A stretch of DNA of 64,000 bases from Deltaproteobacteria bacterium (GTDB taxonomy: Bacteria; Myxococcota; Kuafuiibacteriia; Kuafuiibacteriales; Kuafuiibacteriaceae). Below the pieces are notes generated by a model. It was not told where the DNA came from and made no database searches. It was given only the letters and a program-made list of their open reading frames with translations. This document shows positions 22,024-31,013 of this stretch, in pieces. Made by a program: the position numbers and the translations under genes. Where the stretch lies: assembly GCA_040218735.1 (NCBI GenBank), contig JAVJQW010000011.1:352001-416000 (forward strand), read 5' to 3'. The stretch's first letter is position 1, and every line of letters starts with the position of its first letter.

Positions 22024-23871
22024 CTAAGGGAGCGCGAGCGCGTCCGGATCCGCGGACCACGCCCGCCACGACGACCCCAGCGGCGCGTAGATCGCGGGGG
22101 CGAGCGAGACGCCGCTCGGCCAGGACGCCGCTGCGCCCTCCTTCGAGAGCCACCGCGTCACCTCGCGATCGACCGTCGGCGACAGCGACATCCGCAACAA
22201 CCCGACGATCCGATCGTCGAGCCGCGCGATCGCGTACAGCGATGTCGACGTCGTGGCGCTCGCCGCCCACACCCGTACACCGAACCCCCGCATGTCGTGC
22301 TCCACGACCTCCAGACGCACGTCGCGGTCCAGCGTCCCGCCGAGCACCACGGTGGCCCCGTCCGCGAAACGCGCGAGCTGCGTCGCCATGAATGCACCGT
22401 CGGTGAGCTTCAGCGCCTCCAGCTCGTGCTCGACCGCGGCGTCGCGCTCGCCGAGCCGGTGCAACACGGTGGCGTAGGTGTCCTCGAAGGCCGCGCGCAC
22501 GTCGTCGTCGCGCTCGCGTTCCAACGCGCGCTCGATCGCCGTGCGCGCCAGGCCGAGGCGCTCACCGTCGGAGCTCGGATCCGTCGCGACCTCCCACGCG
22601 ATCCGGTTCAGCCCGACACGCCCGCCGAGGCTGTTGTCGAGGTGGTAGCGAATCATCGCGGTCTCGTCCGCCATGCGCTCGTCGTGCTGCGCGAACATCA
22701 CGACCCCCGCGAGGGTCGTGACGATCGCCGCCGCGCTGAGCACGATCGCCGGCACCGAGGCCTTCGGCTGAGGGAGCGGCGGATCGTCGCGCACGAACAA
22801 GAGCGCGGAGACGACGACCCCGACCAAGAGGCCGCCCAGCTCACCCGGGAGGTCGACGGCGCCCGAGAGCATCGGCACCGCCGCGAGCATCAGGCTGACG
22901 AAGATCCACCACACCAGGCGGCGTCGCATCCCGAGCGGCAGGTTGGCCTTGTAGCGCGTGGCGACGAACGCGTAGGCGCCGAATAGGCCGAACGCGATCG
23001 TCTGCGCGCCGAAGAACACCGGCGTCGTCGCGGAGAGCGCCGAAGCGACGCCGCCCGCGAGCGCGGCGAGCACCGCGACGAGGAGTGTGTTGATCGGGCC
23101 GAACAGCCGCTCCACGCGACTGCCGAACTGAAAGATCACGAACACGACGGCGGCGAGGTGCAGCGCGTTCCCGTGAATCCAGCTCGCGGTGGCGACCCGG
23201 AAGAACTGCCCCGCCCGGACGAGCGGCTCGATGCCCGCGCCGTAGCCGACGATGGCGTAGATGCGATCGAAGGCACCGCCCAGCCGCAACGCGGCGTACA
23301 CGGCGACGAGGACGACGACGAGCGCGACGGTCGCGACGGGCTTCGCGTCGGCGACACGGTCGGCGGCCTCGTTCGCCGCGTCCATGCGCGCGGCGATCGC
23401 CTCACCCGCCGGGACGAAGTTCTCCAACCGCGCGCGCACCGCTCCGTAGGCGCGCTCGAAGTCGTCGTCGGAGGAGAACGACCTCCGCGAGAACTTCATC
23501 TGCGCATAGGGCGTCGCGATCAGCAGGAAGCCGCGCGGACCGCGACGACGGTAGACCGTGGTGAGCTCCGGATACCGCAGCACCACCGTCTGCTCGAGGC
23601 GCGGTCCGTACGGGACGTGGAGGCGATCGTCGAGCACCTCCAACACACGCTGCCCGGACGGACGGCCCATCGCGAGGAACGCGAGGAACGGCATGAACCC
23701 GACGCCGAAGATCAGGAGCACCCCCTCCAGCGGGACGGACTGACCTTGCTCGAGCACCGCCACCAACATGACGACCGAGACGGTCAGCGCCACGGAGCCG
23801 ACGCGCCACAGACCTTGGGCGGGCGCGATCGTGAATCGCGCGCCGCTCTGGGGCGGAGACGGATCGGTCAT
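22024..23871 (-). CDS. Rhomboid-fold membrane protein, probably inactive, with N- and C-terminal accessory domains
   Basis: GQFFRVATASWIHGNALHL and GSRVERLFG match rhomboids, but GASG reads GAQT and HLGG reads ELGG. Confidence 0.82.
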   Translation of the reverse strand: MTDPSPPQSGARFTIAPAQGLWRVGSVALTVSVVMLVAVLEQGQSVPLEGVLLIFGVGFMPFLAFLAMGRPSGQRVLEVLDDRLHVPYGPRLEQTVVLRYPELTTVYRRRGPRGFLLIATPYAQMKFSRRSFSSDDDFERAYGAVRARLENFVPAGEAIAARMDAANEAADRVADAKPVATVALVVVLVAVYAALRLGGAFDRIYAIVGYGAGIEPLVRAGQFFRVATASWIHGNALHLAAVVFVIFQFGSRVERLFGPINTLLVAVLAALAGGVASALSATTPVFFGAQTIAFGLFGAYAFVATRYKANLPLGMRRRLVWWIFVSLMLAAVPMLSGAVDLPGELGGLLVGVVVSALLFVRDDPPLPQPKASVPAIVLSAAAIVTTLAGVVMFAQHDERMADETAMIRYHLDNSLGGRVGLNRIAWEVATDPSSDGERLGLARTAIERALERERDDDVRAAFEDTYATVLHRLGERDAAVEHELEALKLTDGAFMATQLARFADGATVVLGGTLDRDVRLEVVEHDMRGFGVRVWAASATTSTSLYAIARLDDRIVGLLRMSLSPTVDREVTRWLSKEGAAASWPSGVSLAPAIYAPLGSSWRAWSADPDALALP

Positions 23872-23918
23872 GGGCAGTCCTTACCAAGGACGAGCCGCGT
23901 CCGTCACCGTCCGAGGCG

Positions 23919-24764
23919 TTAGGGGAGATCGGTAGAGCTCAGGTCCAGCGAATCGAGGTCGAGAGACAAACTGGACGAAGGAGCAGCCGACTCGCCGTGC
24001 GCGGTCGACTCGATCGGGAGGCTCACCTGGACGTCCATCTCGATCGGGGGCAGCAGGTCGATCCCATCGTGAGCCTCCGGGGTGATGTCGCGCGAGACGA
24101 GGTCCATCGAGCGCTGGACCTCCTCCTCCGTCACGACCTCGGCGGCGCCCAGACACGAGCGCGCTTGCGCCACGCCGCTGTCCCAGAGCGCGTGTGGATA
24201 TGCGGGCGGCCCCTCGTCCGCGTCGAAGACCACCCGGGTCTCGGTCGGGAGGAAGCTCACGGGGCGCTCGTCGATCCCGTAGATGCAGGCGCGATGTCCC
24301 TTGGTCGAGAACAGGAGCAGCAGACGCTCGCCGGCGTACGTCACCGAGCCCTCCACCCGGAACGGCGCGAGGCGAACCCGTGCGTCCGGTGCGAGGTTTC
24401 GCGCGCGACGCAAGCCCGCCTCCATGAGGGCCGCGAGCTTTTCGTAGCGTCGGGTCACGCGGAGCGTGAGCGCATCGAGGGTCTTCGCGCCCGCGATCGG
24501 CACCGGCGCGATTCGGCACAACGCTGTCACTTCGTCGAACACGAGGTTTTCGTAGTCGGGGCACGAGAACTCGACGTTGGCGGCCAGGCCGATCCCGTCG
24601 ATGCAGGGCAGCCGTCGGATGTCGAGCCAGAGCCGACCGCGCACCGCGCCGTCGATGTCGGGCTCGAGGCGGACCCCGAGTTTCTCGAGGCGCTGCACAC
24701 AAGTCTGCCGTGCGCCGGCCGAGGCTTCGCGATGGATGGCGTAGGCGGTCCCTGGATCGGCCAT
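23919..24764 (-). CDS. Hypothetical protein
   Basis: Non-repetitive ORF filling the gap between genes; acidic C-terminal tail; ATG 24764 chosen, start uncertain. Confidence 0.65.
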   Translation of the reverse strand: MADPGTAYAIHREASAGARQTCVQRLEKLGVRLEPDIDGAVRGRLWLDIRRLPCIDGIGLAANVEFSCPDYENLVFDEVTALCRIAPVPIAGAKTLDALTLRVTRRYEKLAALMEAGLRRARNLAPDARVRLAPFRVEGSVTYAGERLLLLFSTKGHRACIYGIDERPVSFLPTETRVVFDADEGPPAYPHALWDSGVAQARSCLGAAEVVTEEEVQRSMDLVSRDITPEAHDGIDLLPPIEMDVQVSLPIESTAHGESAAPSSSLSLDLDSLDLSSTDLP

Positions 24765-24906
24765 CGTGCCCTGTTCATCGGCAGTGAGCGCCGCGTCTCG
24801 ACCGAGTGCGCCAAAGTCGAACGGGCGCCTGGGGCGTGGAGTCCTCGCTTCGGTCTTCTGACTCCACACTCCGAGCAGCAGCGCGTCAGTCTGTGCGCCG
24901 TGGTGC

Positions 24907-25935
24907 GTGGATTGCACTCACGAACGCGCGTTGGTCGCCGAGCTCCAGATCGGTCCGGCGGGGCCACTCCCCGAGACGTTCGGGCCGTATACGCTGTTGG
25001 GGCGGCTGGGCTACGGCGGGATGGGCGTCGTGCTGGACGCGATGAGCCCGTGGGGCGAGCGGGTCGCGCTGAAGCTCACGCGGCTGTTTCTGGACCGGCG
25101 ACAGGCGGAGCACATCGCGCTGCGCTTTCACCGCGAGGCGCGGTTGCTCGCGCAGCTCGACCACCCGGGCATCGTGCCCCTGCGCGACGCGGGCATCGTC
25201 GACGACCTCGCGTACCTCGCGCTGACGCGCATCGAAGGTGCGTCGCTGCGCGCGATCCGTCGGCTCGGTCCGCTGCAGCTCGACGTCGTCGCCCGCGTCG
25301 GCATTCGCCTCGCGCGGACCCTCGCGCACGTGCACGAGAGCGGCGTCGTGCACCGCGACATCAAACCCGGCAACGTCCTGATCGACGCGCGCGGCCGCCC
25401 CGTCCTGATCGACTTCGGCATCGCGACGTTCGTCGGCGCCACCCGCATCACGAACCGCAACGACGTGCTCGGTACGCTCGGGTACATCGCGCCGGAGGTC
25501 GTGGACGGCGACTCGGGTGGCGCGCTCGCGGATCAGTATTCACTCGGCCGCGTGCTCCATACCCTCGCCGCATCGACAGCGTTGGCCACGGCGGCTGACG
25601 ATGATGCACGCGTCGGTCGAATCCTCGCGGGGTTGGACGTGGACTGGTCCGCGTTCCCGACGCGCGGTCGTTGGAGCAGCCTGCAGATCGTCGTACAGAA
25701 GATGGTCGCGGAGGACCCGGCGAAGCGGTACCCGGACCTCGACGCCTGCGCGGACGCGCTCACGGCCGTTACGGCGCTCGACGTCCATCGCGCCGAGGAC
25801 GCGGACCGGCAGCTCGTGATGCTCGCGCGCCAGTCCCTCGTGGGCGAGGTGTTGCCGCCGCCTGCGAGTGAGGCGTCGCTCGCCACGACGGGCGTGCGGC
25901 CGACGGTGTCGATGCGCAGGACTTCTCAGCTGTAG
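24907..25935 (+). CDS. Ser/Thr protein kinase
   Basis: GYGGMG, VALK, HRDIKPGN, DFG, GTLGYIAPE; start uncertain. Confidence 0.93.
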   Translation: MDCTHERALVAELQIGPAGPLPETFGPYTLLGRLGYGGMGVVLDAMSPWGERVALKLTRLFLDRRQAEHIALRFHREARLLAQLDHPGIVPLRDAGIVDDLAYLALTRIEGASLRAIRRLGPLQLDVVARVGIRLARTLAHVHESGVVHRDIKPGNVLIDARGRPVLIDFGIATFVGATRITNRNDVLGTLGYIAPEVVDGDSGGALADQYSLGRVLHTLAASTALATAADDDARVGRILAGLDVDWSAFPTRGRWSSLQIVVQKMVAEDPAKRYPDLDACADALTAVTALDVHRAEDADRQLVMLARQSLVGEVLPPPASEASLATTGVRPTVSMRRTSQL

Positions 25936-26360
25936 TCGCGGAGCATCTTGCGGAGCTCCATGGTGTGCAGCTCTTCGTTGGCGATCATCGTGCGCGCGAA
26001 CTCTTCGAGGTAGACCGACGCGCCTTCGACGACGCCGAGCAGCTTCTTGTAGAGGCCCAGCGCCTGCTGCTCGTGGTTGAGGCTCTCGCGCAGGACGTCC
26101 TCGAGCCCGTGTTCGTGTGTCTCTTCGATCTGCGCGATGCGCATCGTCGGGTGCCCCTCGAGGCCCGTGAGGATCTCGCCGACCTGCTGCGCGTGCAGCA
26201 GCGACTCGTTGGCCTGCGCCTTCATGAAGTCGACGATCGGGATCCGGTTCGGTCCGGTGACCATCAATGCGTAGTGCGTGTAGCGGACGACACCGGCGAG
26301 CTCGTACTCCATGATCTTGTTCAAGAGGTCGACGGTGGCTTGGGTGTTGAGATCTTCCAA
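25926..26360 (-). CDS. Ferritin-like (bacterioferritin-related) protein
   Basis: 144 aa helical; ELAGVVRY, ESLLHA, EQQALGLY, EELH; TTG start with AGGAAG upstream. Confidence 0.88.
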   Translation of the reverse strand: MEDLNTQATVDLLNKIMEYELAGVVRYTHYALMVTGPNRIPIVDFMKAQANESLLHAQQVGEILTGLEGHPTMRIAQIEETHEHGLEDVLRESLNHEQQALGLYKKLLGVVEGASVYLEEFARTMIANEELHTMELRKMLRDYS

Positions 26361-26393
26361 AGTGAACTTCCTGTAACCGCGGCTTCACCTTCT

Positions 26394-26424
26394 TTGATTC
26401 CGAGTCAATCGATTTTTCTCAATC
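26394..26424. promoter_or_regulatory. Candidate regulator site in an AT-rich divergent promoter
   Basis: TTGA-N7-TCAA (26394-26408) and a second TCAATC 14 nt downstream; AT-rich against a GC-rich background. Confidence 0.3.
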
Positions 26425-26485
26425 TTTAAGGGTTTATCCGTACGTAGATTTGACAATTTCGTGTTTAGCAATTACCCTCAGCAAC

Positions 26486-26758
26486 ATGACTGACGTTCGT
26501 GCGATGGGAATGATGACGGTGCTGATGAGTCAGGAGAGCCTGAAGACGGAGGAGGACGCCGAGAAGCGTCTCGAGGAAGTGGCCAAGGAAGAGGAAGGAT
26601 ACCTCGGCGGTCGCGTCCTGCCCCCCGGCAAAGCGCAAAAGAAGATCTGGCTCGTCCAGACGTATTTCGTGGACAACGGTGGCAAGCCGCCGCCCGGTAT
26701 GGCTCGGCTGCACATCCCCGCCGACTCGCCGGAAGCCTACGGGATCAAGGCCGCCTAG
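26486..26758 (+). CDS. Small hypothetical protein
   Basis: GC3-biased ORF divergent from the ferritin-like gene; several possible ATG starts between 26486 and 26524. Confidence 0.65.
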   Translation: MTDVRAMGMMTVLMSQESLKTEEDAEKRLEEVAKEEEGYLGGRVLPPGKAQKKIWLVQTYFVDNGGKPPPGMARLHIPADSPEAYGIKAA

Positions 26759-26833
26759 GCGGACCGCCGAAAGGCACACTGCGCCCCCGCACTGCCCCGC
26801 CCCCCTTGCTGGCCGCGTGATAGAGTTCGACGC

Positions 26834-29713
26834 GTGAGACGTCGGGCTCTGCAACTCGGGCTGGCGCCCCTGGTGCTGCTCGTCGCCGGCTGTCCGACGA
26901 CTCCCCAAATCGAACCGATTGACGGACGTCTCGAGATCGCTCCGGACACCGCGACGCTGGGCACCATACCGCTCGCTACGCCCATCGAAGCGCGCTTCGA
27001 AGCGGCGAACGTCGGACGCCTCGCCCTCACCCTGACCGCGACCCTCTCCGGCCTCGGCGCCGACGACGTCCAGATCACGAGTCTGCCGAACGTCATGGCG
27101 CCCGGGTCGCGTCGCGACATCGTCCTCACCATCGTCGCGACCGAGCCCGGACCGCTCGACGTGCTCATCGACGTCACGACCGACGCCGACACGACGCACT
27201 CCGTGTTCGTGCGCGCCGAGCGCGTACCGAGCACGCTCCGGCTCGAACCCGAACACGTCGACTTCGACGCGGTGCGCGTCGGCCGTACGAAGATCGTCCC
27301 GGTCGAAGTTCACAACCCGCTCGCGGAGGCCGGGACGGTCACGCTGACCTTCGACGATCCGACGGGCCCGTTCCGAATCGACGGACCGACCACCGCGCAG
27401 CTCGAGGGCGGCGCGTTTCACACGTTCGACGTCGCGTTCGAGCCCAAGGCGGAGCGCACCTACAGCGGCCGGGTCCGTGTGATGCGCACGGGCGGCGGCG
27501 TTGGCGAGCGCGGCCTTCGGCTCGCGGGGCGCGGCACGAGCTCGAGCCTCGCCTGCGACGAAGACGCGCTGGCGTTCGGTGACGTCCCGCCGGAGCGCTG
27601 CGCGGAGCGCACCGTCCGCTGCACCAACACGGCCGACGACGACATCGAGCTGATCGAAACGGCGCTAACGCCCCCCTCAGCCCCCTTCACCGTGAACGTC
27701 CCGCTCCGTCGAATCGCACCGCGCGCGCACGTCGACGCGATCGTCGAATTCTGCCCGACCGATCTCACGTCCGCGTCTGCGACACTGGAGCTCACCGTCA
27801 CCGAAGACGACCGACGCCGCTGGCCCACCCGCGTCGGGCTCTCGGGCCGGGGCGGCGGGCCCGCGGTCTCGCTCCCGAGCGATCGGCTGAGCATGGGCGG
27901 CGCAGTGATCGGCGGCCGAACGCGGCGGCGGCTCGCGATCGACAACGTGGGGCACGCGCCGCTGACGATCTCTTCGACGTGGTTCCGCCCGACCGACGCG
28001 CCGTTCCGGGTGCTTGCCTCCCCCGCACCGATCGAACCGCAGGGTCGTGGCTACGTCGAGCTGGAGTTCGAGCCGCAGGCGCTCGGCGAAGCCAGCGCCG
28101 AGCTCATCCTCGCGACGAACGATCCGACCTGGCCCGAAGCACGTGCCGTGCTCAGCGGGGTCGCGGTCGCCGCCAACCCGTGCGAGATGGTCGTGGCGCC
28201 TCCGTCGATCGACTTCGGCGTCGTGCAGACCGGCACCCCGGTCGCGCAGGAGATCGAGCTCACGGCCTCGGGGCAGATGGCCTGCGCGTACTTCGACGCA
28301 CGACTGGAAGACGGAGCGCACTTCACGCTGACCGGGCCGACCTCGGGCGTGCTGGCGCCCGGCGCGAGCGCGACCTTCGTCGTCACCTACGCGCGCGCCA
28401 CACCTTCGGGGCCCAACGGGGACCTCGACACGTTCGTCGTCGACGTGCCCAACGCTTCCCCCGCGACCCCGCAAGTCAGCTTGCGGGGGACGTCGGCCGA
28501 ACCGGCGCTCGCGCTCTACCCCAGCGTCGTCGACTACGGCGTGGTCGCGTCACCCGACGTGCTGAGCAAGACCGTCGCCGTCTTCAACGTGGGCACCGCG
28601 CCGCACCGCGTGACCTCCGTGGCGATCGACGGCAGCGCGGCCCACACGATCGCGCAGATCCCCGGCGGCGCGCCGCCGTTCGAGCTGCTCCCCGGGGAGT
28701 CGTTCGAGGTGAACCTGGAGTACACACCGTCGGCCGCCGCGATCGACCGGGGCCGGCTCCAGATCGTCTCCGACCGCATCGGCACCCTCACCGTCCCGCT
28801 CACTGGCGAACGCCAGACCGTCGTCTGCAGCCGGGTGTCGGGCACGATCTGCTCCGCGAGCGGCGGCGTGCCGAGCGTCGGCGCGAAGGTGACGGTCGAA
28901 GGCACCGCCCTGGAGACGACGACCGACCCGGACGGGCGCTTCTACCTCCCGTGTGTCCCGAGCGGCCCACAGACGCTCCACTTCGAGCGCGGACACTTCT
29001 CTCGGACCGTGAACGTCACCGTGCAGAGCGGGCAGCGCACGACGTTGCCCTCCTCGACCTGCCTGGATCCGGCGAGCGCCCAGATCGCGGTGGTGCGCGG
29101 GCAGTGGGATCCTTCGGAGGTCATCCTCACTTCGCTGGGGCTTCCGTTCGATCTCTACGAGGGCGTCGCGTGGCCGGCCGCGATCCTCACGAGCTCCGCG
29201 CTGCTCGCCTCGTACGACATCCTGTTCCTCAACTGCGGGCTGGACGACTCGACGATCCGCAGCGCCGCCGTCGCGGCGAACCTCCGCGCGTTCGTGGAGG
29301 GGGGCGGCTCGCTCTACGCCTCGGACCAGGCCTACGACGCCGTCGAGGCGGCGTTCCCGTACGCGATCGACTTCGCCGGTGACGACACGGTGCTCAACGC
29401 CGCCGAGAGCGGCGGCGTATCGCCGGTCGCCGGGCGTGTCCTCGACCCACGCATGCTCCGCCGCCTGCCGGACCAAACCGCGCTCACGCTGGGTTACTCG
29501 CCGAACTACGTCCGCATCGACGGCGTGACCCTTCAGACCACGGTGCACGTGGTGGGGCAGACGGCCGCCGGCGCCACGCCGCTTCGACCGCTCCTCGTCT
29601 CCTTCGCGCCGCCGGCGGGAGGACGCGTCGTCTTCACGACGTTCCACAACACGGACGCCGAAGAGGACCCGGACGTCACCACCGTCCTCGAGACCGTGCT
29701 GAGCGATCTCTAG
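26834..29713 (+). CDS. Lipoprotein with tandem choice-of-anchor-D (ASH/HYDIN-like) Ig domains, a carboxypeptidase-regulatory-like domain and a GATase-like C-terminal domain
   Basis: Lipobox LVAGC; repeated DFG.V...N.G..P...F.P units; TTDPDGRFYL; YDILFLNCG, FVEGGGSLYASD, GRVVFTTFH. Confidence 0.85.
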   Translation: MRRRALQLGLAPLVLLVAGCPTTPQIEPIDGRLEIAPDTATLGTIPLATPIEARFEAANVGRLALTLTATLSGLGADDVQITSLPNVMAPGSRRDIVLTIVATEPGPLDVLIDVTTDADTTHSVFVRAERVPSTLRLEPEHVDFDAVRVGRTKIVPVEVHNPLAEAGTVTLTFDDPTGPFRIDGPTTAQLEGGAFHTFDVAFEPKAERTYSGRVRVMRTGGGVGERGLRLAGRGTSSSLACDEDALAFGDVPPERCAERTVRCTNTADDDIELIETALTPPSAPFTVNVPLRRIAPRAHVDAIVEFCPTDLTSASATLELTVTEDDRRRWPTRVGLSGRGGGPAVSLPSDRLSMGGAVIGGRTRRRLAIDNVGHAPLTISSTWFRPTDAPFRVLASPAPIEPQGRGYVELEFEPQALGEASAELILATNDPTWPEARAVLSGVAVAANPCEMVVAPPSIDFGVVQTGTPVAQEIELTASGQMACAYFDARLEDGAHFTLTGPTSGVLAPGASATFVVTYARATPSGPNGDLDTFVVDVPNASPATPQVSLRGTSAEPALALYPSVVDYGVVASPDVLSKTVAVFNVGTAPHRVTSVAIDGSAAHTIAQIPGGAPPFELLPGESFEVNLEYTPSAAAIDRGRLQIVSDRIGTLTVPLTGERQTVVCSRVSGTICSASGGVPSVGAKVTVEGTALETTTDPDGRFYLPCVPSGPQTLHFERGHFSRTVNVTVQSGQRTTLPSSTCLDPASAQIAVVRGQWDPSEVILTSLGLPFDLYEGVAWPAAILTSSALLASYDILFLNCGLDDSTIRSAAVAANLRAFVEGGGSLYASDQAYDAVEAAFPYAIDFAGDDTVLNAAESGGVSPVAGRVLDPRMLRRLPDQTALTLGYSPNYVRIDGVTLQTTVHVVGQTAAGATPLRPLLVSFAPPAGGRVVFTTFHNTDAEEDPDVTTVLETVLSDL

Positions 29714-30951
29714 GCTTCGGCGCGCCCGACGTAGCGCGCGCGCGGTCGTAGCGAGAAGCCGGCTTCGCGCTGCTCGAGCGCGTGGGCGACCCACCCCGCG
29801 GTGCGTCCCGCCGCGAACATCGCCCCCGCAGCGCCGGACGGCAGGTTCAACGCCGCAGCGAGCGCAACGAGCCCGAAGTCGGAGGTCGGGTGCTCCTGCC
29901 CCGCGATCTCCATCGCCGAGACCATCGCGGTCGCGGTCTGCACGCGGCGGTTCCTGGGCGCGACCGCCTCGGCGAGCGCGAGGAGGTGACGGCCGCGCGG
30001 ATCCCCGTCTGGGTAGAGGCGGTGGCCGAAGCCCGGGATCGCGTCGCCGCGCCGGAGGCGATCGCGGACGAACGTCACGGCGCGCGACGCGGAGGGCACT
30101 TCGGCGAGGAGCGCCTCTACGCGATCACACGCGCCGCCGTGGATCGGTCCGGTCATCGTCGCGATGGCGGCCGACAGGCACGCGTAGAGATCGGCGCCGA
30201 CCGAGGCGGGGAGCCGAGCGGCGAAGCTGGAGGGGTTGAGCTCGTGGTCGGCCATCAGGACCAGCGCTTCGTCGACGGCGCGCACTGCGCGTTTCGAACG
30301 CGCCTTGCCGAGCGCCGCGAGGAGCGAGCGCGCGACCGTGGATTCGGCGAGCGCCGCTTCGACGCGCTCACGCCCGGCGGGGAGCGCGACGCTCGCGACG
30401 AGGCGACGTACCGTGATGCGTGCGCGCGCGAGGACCTCGGCGCGGTCGTAGCGGGCGGCGTCGCGGACCGCGAGCGGTTGAACCACGAAGCCCATGGCGT
30501 CGAGCGGACGCAAGTCCTTCGGAATCATCGCGACGAGCTTCGACAGGGACGTACCGAAGCCTTCGACGGGCCAGCGCGCGGAGCGATCGAGCTGCCCCGT
30601 CCACAGCAGCTCGGCGACGGATTCGAACGGGTGGTGTTCCGCCGCGAGGTCGGTGGCGCGGTGTCCGCGGTAGGCGTGGCCCTCCGGATCGATTCGCGTG
30701 ATGGCCGAGTCGAGGACGGGCTCCCCCCACCTCAGCGCCCCCGCCGCGACGGCGCGGTGCCCGGCGCGCGCGGCGCTGCGCGCGGCGAGTCGGATCAGGT
30801 CGTCGCGTTTGTAACGACGACGACGTCCGTCGGCGTCCGGGACGCTGCTGACGAGACCGCGGCTGACGTACGCGTAGAGCGTTGTCCGTTTGACGCCGAG
30901 GAGCTCCTCCGCCTCGTGGGCGTCGACCCACGCCTCGGGTGGATTGTTCAT
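29710..30951 (-). CDS. N-terminal HTH fused to a citrate-synthase-like domain
   Basis: EAEELLGVKRTTLYAYVSRG excisionase/MerR-type HTH; ADHELN, PIHGG, PGFGHRLY, TSDFG. Confidence 0.92.
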   Translation of the reverse strand: MNNPPEAWVDAHEAEELLGVKRTTLYAYVSRGLVSSVPDADGRRRRYKRDDLIRLAARSAARAGHRAVAAGALRWGEPVLDSAITRIDPEGHAYRGHRATDLAAEHHPFESVAELLWTGQLDRSARWPVEGFGTSLSKLVAMIPKDLRPLDAMGFVVQPLAVRDAARYDRAEVLARARITVRRLVASVALPAGRERVEAALAESTVARSLLAALGKARSKRAVRAVDEALVLMADHELNPSSFAARLPASVGADLYACLSAAIATMTGPIHGGACDRVEALLAEVPSASRAVTFVRDRLRRGDAIPGFGHRLYPDGDPRGRHLLALAEAVAPRNRRVQTATAMVSAMEIAGQEHPTSDFGLVALAAALNLPSGAAGAMFAAGRTAGWVAHALEQREAGFSLRPRARYVGRAEA

Positions 30952-30954
30952 TCC

Positions 30955-30992
30955 ATGACATTGATCGATGTTTCAACGTTGATCAATGTCAT
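30955..30992. promoter_or_regulatory. 38-bp palindromic operator candidate
   Basis: ATGACATTGATC-N14-GATCAATGTCAT, perfect 12-bp arms, in the 62-bp gap between the divergent citrate synthase homologues. Confidence 0.75.
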
Positions 30993-31013
30993 CGCGGGAC
31001 GGAAGTTCTCAGC

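Noticed and set aside
17807-22027. 1406-aa plus-strand ORF antisense to the surface protein
   Set aside because: V/R/A-rich mirror of GC3-biased Asp/Gly codons with no motifs; a typical high-GC shadow ORF.
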